Position numbers and translations under genes: made by a program
DNA from: Podarcis cretensis
Lineage: Eukaryota
Assembly (NCBI GenBank): GCA_951804945.1
Contig: OX638150.1
Coordinates: 61,256,001-61,320,000, forward strand
Length of the DNA: 64,000 nt
Direction of reading: 5' to 3'
Shown here: piece by piece, positions 8,734 to 20,135 of the stretch
Numbering within the stretch: the first letter of the stretch is position 1
Layout: the number at the start of each line of letters is the position of its first letter
Notes under the pieces: generated by a model
The model's input: the letters and a program-made list of their open reading frames with translations, nothing else
What the model was told of the DNA's origin: nothing
Database searches by the model: none

Positions 8734-9103
8734 CTGAGATTAATACAAATTAAGGTGAACATTACAATCTTGCTTTCACCCCAAAGTCCAAATATTGAGC
8801 ATCCTTCAAAAAGAAGTCAGGCTCTAAATGACAGTCTTTAAACATGGTACAGCTGTTCTGATGGCTATTCAAGTTATTCTTTAAGAATGGTTGAGCCCCA
8901 TAGGACCACAGTGAAAGGGAAAAACAATCTTTAATTTCTGATTCAGTTTGCTCTGTGTAGTGTAGAATATGACTCTCAATCACCAAATATATTTAGGATT
9001 GAAATTTAATATGATCAGCCTGTATGCCAATACTGCATTGATTCTACTTTGTTACCCATAATATATATGATTGGGGGCGGGGAGCTACAAAAAGGAAGTT
9101 TAC

Positions 9104-9148
9104 CTTTGGCCCTTGAATCCCTGGTTCTCCTGGGATTCCAGCATCACC
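9104..9148 (-). CDS. COL23A1: COL23A1 exon, 45 nt, GDAGIPGEPGIQGPK
   Basis: catcag|GGT...AAG|gtaaac; corresponds to human GDDGTPSQPGPPGPK. Confidence 0.93.
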
Positions 9149-10183
9149 CTGATGAAATAGAACACACATAGGTGACACTGAAATACAAAAGTGCATTAAG
9201 TTTCCCAGGGTCAATGCTGGCAGAAGCTCAACAGTTCACACTGTAAGCCTAACCAGAAAAGCAACTGCCAAATATTTTTGATCCAGAAGTTGGGACTTAA
9301 TTTCTAATACTTAATTTCTAACTGTTCAGAGAGAGAGAGCTTTAATTTATTAGCTCAGAGTAGTCTTATTTGCAGTGTGGATAAATCATGAAGACATCAC
9401 TCATTATCTGTGGAACACACTGAAATGTAATCCTTAAACGTGCTTCCTAAAAATACTGTAGCCATAGGTTATGTGCAGTTCTGAACAGCATGCATTAATA
9501 ATAAAGTGTTTTCCAACTTGGCCACAGCTACTTGGTGGCCCTTCTAAGGTCCTTTATATGGAAAAGGATATTTAGCTAACACAATCCAAAATAAATACAC
9601 ACATATCCTGCCCCTGACTCAGCTGCCTTGGAGAAATATATACAGATATTTGTTTCTTAAAAGCCCAGTCCAGATATTCGCAAACCACTCCATTTGGACA
9701 GTTTCTAGAGGGGTAGCTGTGATCACTTCTTGCAGCAAGAATGGCAGAGTCTTGTTACACCTTAAAGACTGTTATGGCAGAAGCTTTCATGTACTGGATC
9801 AGCTTCAGGGATACAACAGCACAGAGTGAATAATGTTTGATCTATCATATCCATGGATGGGTGAGCCCCATGTGATTAGCCCTGATTACAATGCAAAAGT
9901 TACACAACTCCCCTGCAGTTTGGGATGTTGGTGGATGCTACTGAAATCTCAAGAGCTTTGCTCCTCCCTTGCTCATTCTGCTGCTGTGCTGGGCAAGAAA
10001 CAAACCACAGTCTGCTCTGGATCAGAGGGTTGCTTTGTGCTATTGTATTGCTGGTTTTTTTGTTTTTTTGTTTTAAAAATGCTTATTTTAAATGTGTTTA
10101 GTAGTTTTAACTGCCATGTTATTTTACTTTCAAGTTGGAGATATTTTGTGACTCTGTTGTGATAACTGAGTTGTGAGGTGGAA

Positions 10184-10233
10184 ATAGATAGATAGATAGA
10201 TAGATAGATAGATGATAGATAGACAGATAGATA
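10184..10233. repeat. (GATA)n microsatellite
   Basis: Direct reading. Confidence 0.9.
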
Positions 10234-10296
10234 GGGTTGGGAACATGATGTCTGAATGCAAATAGCATTTGAAAGAAAGAAACATAAATAACTTAC

Positions 10297-10323
10297 TTTT
10301 CCTCCTGGAATACCAGGCTCACC
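10297..10323 (-). CDS. COL23A1: COL23A1 exon, 27 nt, GEPGIPGGK
   Basis: tttgttttgaag|GGT...AAA|gtaagt; human GEPGVPGKK. Confidence 0.92.
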
Positions 10324-12038
10324 CTTCAAAACAAATAAACGAAGAACGTTATGTTTGACATACAAAGATCAGGAATGAAAACATTTTTTCTCCAATGTCT
10401 AGGAAATGTTACAAATAAAATTGTACCGTTTTCAAAAAACATACGCAGCCAAGCTCATTAAAAATGCTGCTGGGCTGTCAGTCTTTCTGGGGCCCAAAGG
10501 TTGATTTATTTGCAATTTAGAGGAAGTGTCTTGGGCACCTATATAAAACGGCTGTTGGGTGTAACCAGTCACAAAACTTAAATAGAAACACAATACCTGA
10601 GGCCATCCAACGAAGCTGAATGTTGGAAGATTCAGAAAAAGGAAACACTTTTTCATACAATGCATAGTTAAAACTATGGAATTCCTTACCACAAGCTTTA
10701 AAAGTGAATTATTGGGGTAGGGAGAGAGAAAGCCCCACTGCACAAACAGAAGCCCTTGTGCTGACAGGACTCACTAGCTGAATCCTGCCCACTATGCCCT
10801 TTCCTCACCAGCAGGTCTCAGGATGGATTTCAGCATTTTTTAATTCAGTAAGGAAAAACAGTCAAAACAAATTACAGTCACAGGAATAGGGTGGGTCCTC
10901 AAAACACAATGGGAATAATTCAGCTTAGAGCTAAGGAGATTGCTCTGTCAGCACGAGCAGTTCTGCTCGCCTGCTATAACAATCTCCCTCCCCTCTGCTC
11001 ACAGGCTGTTCTGGGGGGTTCTTTCAACTCATCCTAGCCTATTGGTGGTGGGGTGGGGGACAGTGGGGGCACACAGTGTGAAGAGAGCTTCTGAGAATAT
11101 ACCACAAACCACCCACATATGTTTAGCAGCCATGTGGAAACATTCCTCTTCTTCCAGGCCTTTGCCTAATTAAACAACCTATGGCCTTTAAAAATCTCTC
11201 TGTGTGGAGGTGTTGTTTTATTTGTTATTATGTTATGTATTTTTGTGTGTTTATACTGTAAACTGTGCTGTGATCCTTGAATGAAGAGTGGTATATAAAT
11301 TTAATAAATAAAAATAAAAATATTTTTTTCCCCCACTCATGGCCTGTGATCTTTTATGTCAAGATGCTGTAAATATAGTACCCTTGAAAGGCTTGTGAAA
11401 GGGCAGTGGGTCATCCGTGCAGTAGCATGCACAGGATGCAGAAGTGGAAATGGGTATTTCTCCTATAACGAAATATCACTTGGGAGTTAAGTTTGCTTGC
11501 ATGGTATCTTATTACAAATGTTCTGACACTTAAAAAGAGGTCAGCAAGTCTTTTGATAGTCTAGGTTTTGGTACTCGTAGTTCTCATGCACGACAGTCAG
11601 TGCATGTAGCGATTTAAAAAACACAACAATATCGATGTAAAGAAATAACCTAAATAGGTCCTGACAAAAGAGCATATGCGAAATGTCTGTAGGACAACAA
11701 AAGACGGAAGAGAATGAAAAAGTGCTTTGGGAAAGAGGCTCACCTTATTTTTTCTGATGGTGCAGTACAGAAAACTGACTCGTAAAAACAGGCAAGACTC
11801 TGACTGTTTCAAAGCCCTAGACAATTAAGCCTGACAATTGTTCTAAACTCAACGTCATGTATTTAGGGGTAGTGATTAGATGGCCAAAGCATAGTCAAGG
11901 AAAGGAGCTGTATAAAACTATTATAGAGCAGAAAGAGGAAGAGGAACACATCTGAGGTAGGCTAGGCAAGCTTCTCATGCTTAATATGTGAAATCAATCC
12001 ATTAGGATATGTTTTGATACCATAGATTGCATACTAAC

Positions 12039-12074
12039 CATGATACCAGCTTCTCCAGGTTCTCCTTTCTCACC
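12039..12074 (-). CDS. COL23A1: COL23A1 exon, 36 nt, GEKGEPGEAGIM
   Basis: ttctttag|GGT...ATG|gttagt; human GPKGEPGQDGEM. Confidence 0.92.
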
Positions 12075-12957
12075 CTAAAGAAACACAAATCTAAGTTATT
12101 TAAATAAAGAGACAATGAATACATTTCTAAAATTACTTTTTCAAAACGCTCCCCTCCCACCTAAAAAGCACAACAGTGAAGAAGAGAAGCTTAAGGAGAT
12201 TGCGTTATTTCAGTTATTTCATTGACTTAGGGAACGTAGAAATGTTGCCATGTCTTGATGATTTAGATTAGTGTTATTAATAAAGTGAAAATACATACAG
12301 GTATGCTATGGTTCTATTTATTATGGATTAACATTGAACACATAAACTGTATCTCATCTCAGTTATCTTTGCTTGGTAGATAATGACTGTTAAGTCTCCT
12401 AATTCAACAGTAGGGGATTTAGTGATTAATTTAATGACTAAGGATTGAGTATGAATGGCTAGGTAATAAAAGGCTAGTGTGAAGATCATTTTTATGACAC
12501 AACTACCGCTTGCCCTACAGAACAATCCCATAGGCACTGCCAAAAAATTGCTGCTGCAGCAGCAAGGGAAACTCGAATGTTGATAAACCCCAAAGCCTGC
12601 CATATTGCTAGAATCTACAAGCAGAATTGTCAAAATATTAGCTGCTCATTGCAAAATGCAAGATAACCATTCCAAGGCAAGCCGCCACCACAAAGCTTTG
12701 TTGACTAGATTATCATCCCTGCTCAACGCAAACAGTTTGAAGATGAGTTCTGCCTCTGGTTTCAAGATATTGAAGAGTGATTTCCCTTCGCTCTTACTCT
12801 TTGCTTCAAAAATGCCTGTATCCTCCACCTAGCGCCTTGATACATCTGAGTTCTAGGCTCAGGAAGTTACAGTTGAAATGCATTCATGAGCAGGATATCC
12901 CCGCAAAACATGCATTTTAGTTTTCAGCAGTTATCTTAGCTAATAACTACGCCTTAC

Positions 12958-13074
12958 AGGAAGGCCTGGGGGTCCCCTTGGGCCATCTTTTCCCGTGTCT
13001 CCAGGGGGCCCTCTTGCACCCGGCTGTCCAGGAGGACCTGGTGGACCAGCAGCGCCATCATTACCTTGATCCCC
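12958..13074 (-). CDS. COL23A1: COL23A1 exon, 117 nt, [39 protein letters not shown]
   Basis: cttatag|GGG...CCT|gtaagg; very close to the human segment. Confidence 0.97.
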
Positions 13075-15179
13075 CTATAAGAAGTTTAGACAAAACATCG
13101 CAATGTGAAAAAGAAAAGAAAAACACAAGTCCTTATGGGTGGACTGTGGCTGCAAACTCACTGCATAGCAAAATGAGAGAAGGAAAGAAAGAAAACAGGA
13201 CACATGGTCAGGGAATCAGTATGTTTGAGTTTAAAGATAAAACCTTGAGCCTGCAAACTGACTGACCTTTCTATGGTACGTAAACTTACTGAAAGAGAAG
13301 AAATTTATGTCTGAGGTTTCTTGGTGTTTGTTTTATTCTTCCAAACAATTCATCTAATTACAAATATTGGTAATTAGTATTTCTAACTCATCCGTGCCCA
13401 ATTTGTGTGCCTGCATTGTACAGAATGGCGTATTGTGTTTCTGATACCGACCAGTTTTGAGAAATGATTAGTGAAAGGTCTTTTCTCTTCCAATGAGAAA
13501 CAGGTAAGGCAACTAAAGAATGAACCCCAGTTCTTTAAATACCACAGTACGCGAGAAAGTAAGACAGAAAACTACCACCCGGATTATGCTTGTAAAACAA
13601 CATTTGCAAAACTAGATTCTTTATCTGAGTATACATATAGTAAAGCAAATCTTTAAAATATTCAAAAATGCTAAGCCTCCAAATTAGCGTTCCAGTTTAT
13701 TTTTACATGGATAACTTAAGAGTTCTGGCATCTAGAAGATGCCAGAATTACTGTAATTATTACATTTATATCCAGCCTTTCTTTCACAGACATAAATGGA
13801 ATTGATTTTTATGTAGGGTTCAAAAGTATTCTCCCATCCAGGTATTGACCAAATCCAGGCTTGCTTAGCTTCAGCAAATTTGTTGCATCATGTGTCTTTA
13901 GATCATACCTAATTTATTATCTTGGGGGGAAGGCGGAATCTAGTAACTTTCTGAATTTTTTTTTTACAACATTTTAATGCATTCTGTAAAAAACACAAAT
14001 CATTGATTATAAAGGAGAAAGGGTTGGATGTCACAGCAAGAATACACACAGATGTAGAATGCTAGCATACATTGCACACCATGCTCATGGAGCGCGCACA
14101 TTTACTATCAACATCTAGTGAACACAAGAGAAGACTCAAAACAGATATAATGTTGGTTGTATAATAAATATATCAATTATGTAATAAGTGCACTAGTAAT
14201 CTGGTCACAATCTACAGAATTATGCAACTGTGTGAGCAGCAGAGCTTTTTATTTCCTGTTTTCAAATAAGAAGACTTTTATCCTTAAATGACAAGCAGCT
14301 TTTTATATGTTAAACAAGTTTCCAAAAGGACTTGCAACAAAGCATAGCCAGATATTTCATTTCTGATCATGAATTCTACACTTAACCTTTATTTCATGTA
14401 CAGAGCATACAGACCCTCTTTCTAAGGCAGGCCACACTTATTTCATTTTTACTAAAGCCAAGAGAATGGTTTCTTTCAGAGAGCTTCTGGCTAAAGCAGA
14501 GAATTGACACCAGGTCTCCAAGATCTATCATTTAGATGACCATGGCTGCCTATTAACATTACTGTTCCTGGGGTTATGATCTACTGTGGGTAAGTTGGGG
14601 TGAAGAGCTCAGCATCTAGAACTGGTCTGCTTGAACATATGGAAGCAGCACTGAAACCCCCCATGATAAGGGTGGATTATAAAGCTCTTTATAACATCTG
14701 GGCAGGATGTCTCCAGTGACAGACTTGTACTTAAAGTCATCCTGCTATAAATCAAAAACCTAACAGTGAAAGCCATTCTACATTCCAGTTCAGAAAGCCA
14801 TACTACCAAGGTCCAGTTCAGAAAATTCCCTCACTGAGCAATGATATGAGTACAAGATAAAAACAAATGGACCTAGCTCTATAAAATTTCTCAGTATATT
14901 ATTATTTATTATCATTTATTTTATACACCAACATATTTTTATTCACAAAATATGCAGGCATCCTCCAGCTATAATCCTGAAAGTACAACATTTCAAAATC
15001 AGAGTCAGTCTTCAAATGCTCTGCATCCAATAAATCAGAAAGAATGGTCCTTGACAAATTTGCCGTTTTTAAGCAAATCTTGTGTGCAGGGACCATATCA
15101 CTTATGTATTCTGTACTGTGTGTGGAACTCTGTACATATAGTTGTGAACCTAGATAGGTCACTCTAAACTCAGGTGTCT

Positions 15180-15193
15180 TCTATCTATCTATC

Positions 15194-15233
<40 letters not shown>

Positions 15234-15242
15234 CTCTCTATC
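15180..15242. repeat. (CTAT)n microsatellite
   Basis: Direct reading. Confidence 0.9.
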
Positions 15243-16330
15243 ATTTGTCTGAATTTTTATTGAAAGTTTTCAACACAGAATACAAGGATTACTTTTTTAG
15301 ACCCAGGACCTACTTTTAACTCAATCTGGCATCTGGGGACCCATTTCTTAACATTTTATCATATATTTGCATGGTGGTAGTGCTCCTGTTGCAACCCACC
15401 AGTTGATAGATAGATAGATGCCAGCTTCCCGTTAGAGGTAAACACTAACAGGGCTTCAGGGACATGTGTTTTGTCTCGCTCCTGGAACTATGTAACAGCT
15501 CTGGCTCTTTATGTGTTTATGGCATACTTTGGGAGCCTTGTGTAAAGGCTATCTACGCAAGCAAGATGATCAGCGTTCCCACTTGCACAAGGAGCCTTTA
15601 AATGCATAAGGCACCCAGATGCAGATGTCCGCTGTAAACAATTCTATGGTCTGAAAGTCACATGGCTCTGGCGGATGGGCTAAAAGTGTGCATCCCAACT
15701 CTATTCAGTGTTCCTTTTTCAGGCAATAATATGTTAATGCCTGAAGAGGGCTCTGCTGCTTCTGAGAACAGAAACACTGTACAATTTTCTATTAACCTAT
15801 CCTTAGATTCAGATTTTCAGGGAAACTGGCTCAATATTGTAATTGAGAGAATGCAATTCTGGCCAGGGGAAAATTAGATTTAAGAATTTATCTTTGGGAA
15901 AGTCTACTAGTCATCATGACATTCATCATGACTTTGATTGTGTAGATGACAAAGAATGTTAGATCTGCTTTCATGAAAGCATATGTGAAATCCTGTCAAC
16001 ACGATGAGGCTGAGTAATTTGCTCAAAGTTAATGGGATGACTGCTTTAAATTGTCTCATTAGTTGATGTTTACCTGTGAATGTTTCTATTATTATTGTTG
16101 GCACTCTTGCAATGGGGGGGGGGACTCAGATTCTAGTTTTCATGGCAATTGCTCCATTTTGTATATGATGTAAAACTGTAGGGGGGTGGTTGTTAGATTG
16201 TAAAAGAACAGAACAGGAGAACGAAAGAATGGAAATGAAGGAGGCATTATCAGATCATAAATTAGAAAAGTGTTTAAAAAGCAACCTCACAATAAAACAC
16301 AGCAAGCCAGAAGATTAAAAGCGATTCTAC

Positions 16331-16399
16331 CTTAAGGATACGTCGGCTAAAAATAGGCTGGTCAGAGAGAAATCCATGACTGAGGCGAGGGAAAGCCAT
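16331..16399 (-). CDS. COL23A1: Non-collagenous, probably alternative exon, 69 nt, MAFPRLSHGFLSDQPIFSRRILK
   Basis: Pyrimidine tract ...ttgactag|ATG...AAG|gtagaa; phase 0-0; strong similarity to the recalled COL25A1 segment MVFPKINHGFLSADQQLIKRRLIK at the equivalent position. Confidence 0.85.
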
Positions 16400-19300
16400 C
16401 TAGTCAATGTGTGGCAGGAAAGACAAAGAGGTCAAGACAAATGTTATGATGGTAGAGAAAAATGATTCAATCAGCATAATATATGAGAGGGAGCCCAGTA
16501 TGGAACAAAGAATTGGTATCACAAGGTGAAATAATAAATGGAACAGCAACAATAGATTTAAGACGCATTGTTCAATAGCTGTATAGGTGGTATCAGAATG
16601 TACAGCTTTCCATTAGGTCAGCATCACAGACTTCAGAACTACAAAATAATGACGGCAGTGGTGGTGGGTGGGGAATCTTACTAATTCCTCAGCTTCACAG
16701 GACATAGTTAAGATATTTTTCAACATTTCTTTAAAGGGCAAGAATTGCTATCACTTCAGCAACGGTGATTTTATAGGCACGTGTGTTCCCTGGCAACTGA
16801 TATTTATACCCACTAAGGAAGAATCTAGACAAATTCCAGCTTTCTAATGCTGGCATACCTTAACCATTTGGAAGTTCATGTTTTCCATTTTGAGTAGAGA
16901 TGTTTAAATATTCAATTTTCAAACTTTTCTACTCTCATATTAGGATTTTGAAAGTGACCCGAGTGTCTGTTTAACTATATGAAGCTGAAATTCTAAATAA
17001 GCTTACTTGAAAGCAAGCCCCATTGAATACAGTGGTACTTACTTCAGAGTAAGCATTCCTAGGATTCTACTACATGATCTTTGTATTTGAGATTTGAGCT
17101 AAACTGTAAAACCATTCACAGGGCTGGATGCCAACCTGTCAGCCACAGTAAATCTCATTTCTATCCAAGTATGTTAAGCCCTAAAATAAAGTGTAACTTG
17201 AGTTACTGTACATACTTACAAGTGGTTTAAATATAGAAAAGCATGAGCCTGACTGCTTTGCCAGTCAACCCGTTTGGATAAGGCTAATGCCTGACAGCCA
17301 AGTAAACTCAATTCATCTGCTTGATGTACTAGAAAGGGGATAATTTCTGTATATGGTTATGGGTGCTTTCTGTAAAGCTCATCTTCCTCATAAAAGAAAG
17401 AAAAATCAAATGGGATTAAAAAAAAATCTAATTCATATAGTATCATTACATGTATCAAATATTGTCCCCCCCTGCCAACAGCATATAAATACCCTGGAGT
17501 CAAGCAATTTAGTCCTAAAATGTAATTAAGTTAGACGTGGAATGTGGACCAGATTACAGAACAGGATACCAGAAGCATTGCTCCCCTGTTCGATAAAAGG
17601 ATGGGGGAGGGGGGAGGGAACTGTCTACTACCATGGAAGAACTACCAGTGCTTCCATGAGTTTGGTTGAGGGTTGTCTGCAAAGTCGTAAGTTGCATGTA
17701 GCATCTGCAACACAGATGTAACATTTTCATATCCTCATCCTCTGTCCTGAGGCAAGTCTCATTGAACTGCATGTAAATTGTTTTAGTTGAGTACACGAAC
17801 GATTAAAATCTTAGCTGAAGGACAGATCAACATGCGAGATCTACGCATTTGTTTTGGTATAACTGCTAGCAACACCAAATAAGAAGCACCTCTTGGAAAA
17901 GAAATTTGAAAAAAATTAAGTTGTTTTTGTAGAAAACAACTCATGTTGCCCAGGGCTGAGCAAAGACAATCTGCAACACTCTTGGAAACAAATGGTCATG
18001 ATTTTAAGTAAAACGGTTGCATGACTTAATGAGAGTAGAACCCACTTTCTTTCCACATCCTATTTCTAACTACTTTGACAACAGAGAGGACTCTCGACAG
18101 CATAGCAGAACCTTGGTTCTTGTTCTGAACAACACTAAAACAACAGAGGGCAGCAACTGCTTTATTCTAGGGCAGCTTTCCTCAACTTTGTGTTCTTCAG
18201 ATGCTGTGGGCTCCTATCCTTATCAGCAGTGGCCGGCATGGTCAAAGACCAGGGATGATGTACTCCAAATATGTCTGGAGGGCACCAGGTTGGGGAAGGC
18301 TCCTCTAGAGAACTGGGAGAAGGAATTTCAATCATAGTGAATGCCCAATATATCACTGACTTTTTGGAAATACATAGCTATGGGTTGCAAATACTTCACT
18401 GTTCCCCCTGAATGTATTTTTGCATACACTGATTATCTTGTTTCCTAGTAAATGTCTTGTACATTCATTTTGATTTGATTTAGTACATAGATAACAATGG
18501 TAGCATTGCTAGTTTTTTAAATACCCATTCTAAACAGTTTCCCCATTTCTTTTTACTTTTATTAAGTATACTGCAGTAACTGTCAAGAACTGATACATGT
18601 GGTATATTTATTATCAGCTCCTTGCTTGTTTCTGTGTGCAGGCATATTTATCAAAATTCAGTAAAAGCTAGTCGGCAACAGGACAAACTGTGGAACTTGA
18701 CCGAGTACCGAGTTTTGCAAAACAACAGTACAGCAACACTCCTCTCCATTTGTTGCAAATGCTGTATGCTTCAACCAGAAATTCAGTCTCATTAAAAAGC
18801 CCTATCAAATTTCAGCAGAAGACACTTAATTTCGTGTTCTGAAGCACTGTTCTGAGATACAAAAACAGTGGAGAGTCGCTGCTTTCATGTCCTGCTAGTG
18901 GGGTTCTCAGAAGCATCTGGTTCACCACTGTGAAAACAAGGAAGCTGGACTACAAAGATGGGATGTTTTTTGCCCAGAGTCGAACTTTTTTGGCAAAATC
19001 GCCAAAAAGAATTTGCCGTTTTTGAGCTATTTTTATGCAGAATCAGCAAAAATGGCACTGTCAACATCGGTTGCCATACACCCAGATTTTCCTGGACATT
19101 TTTTTTTTTCTGATTTATGCCCAGACACTGCTGCTGACTGCAGTATTCCAGATATGTCTAGGGAAATTATGGATATATGGCAACCCTAGTTCTAGTCTTT
19201 TGACTTTTCTGTTTTTGATGGTCTTAAGTCTGTTTGGGTTGCTCATGCATTTTAATTAAGACATTATTATTTTTTTGGTGTGTGTTTTGCTTGCTTGTTA

Positions 19301-20076
19301 AGCACTTTGAATGGTTCCTTCAGGATGGGAAAAATGGATATTAAAAATAATAATAATTTAATTTTTTTTTTTTTAAAGCATACTTTTGTCCTTCACCACT
19401 GTCTTCTTGAAAATTTACGAACCTGAATTTCATTTGTTTTGCTTTGAAAGCAACTGAAAATGCTTGGGGAATTGTATGCAAGCAGATCATGCAAAATGCA
19501 TGATTGATGAAACAGATTCAAACATAATTGTTTCAGTTTCAGTTAAATTAAAAGAAATACATTTTGGGAAAGTCTGAGCTAATTCTTTAAAAATAACTGT
19601 AATTTTGAACTGGGAAAAGAATACTGGCACCATGTTTTTCCACGAGAAAGATGTTGTCAAACAGAATAGATGCATTAAGCTGGTACTACTCAAGCTTAAT
19701 GCATAGTTTCAGAACAGGATGCGCTCAAAGAAAATTATGCAATTTCCATTTTAATTAAATTATTACCCTGTCTCTAAAAAAACCCCTCTTAAGACAACTC
19801 CTTCTTTCAGAGGCATTAGCAGCTGCTGATTGTTTTTTCTTTACTGCCACCACAGAACATGTAATCTGAAATAATGTATCCTCCCATATAAACCAGGAAA
19901 CAACTTTAGGAAATAAAGTCTATCACTGAGGCTAAAGAAAAGATATTGCTCAAGTTAAGGAAGTAAAGATAATTGAGGCCAGGTGGTGTCACAGGAAAGG
20001 TCCCAGGAATTGGAAGAGAAAACAGAAGGACCGAGGAGCCAAATAAATGTCCTAAACATCCAGAATCATTAACATT

Positions 20077-20079
20077 TGT

Positions 20080-20133
<54 letters not shown>
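20077..20133. repeat. Compound (GT)n(GA)n microsatellite
   Basis: Direct reading. Confidence 0.9.

Positions 20134-20135
<2 letters not shown>

Noticed and set aside
5176-8737. Numerous repetitive plus-strand ORFs (e.g. 7136-7825, 229 aa)
   Set aside because: They are the antisense shadow of the minus-strand exon array. Gly periodicity and splice sites support only the minus strand.
10597-10615. 19-nt segment with AG/GT flanks as the missing exon
   Set aside because: Length is not a multiple of 3 and there is no Gly-X-Y pattern.
17220-17283. Possible 64-nt exon with a gtaagt donor
   Set aside because: In-frame TAA and a frameshifting length.
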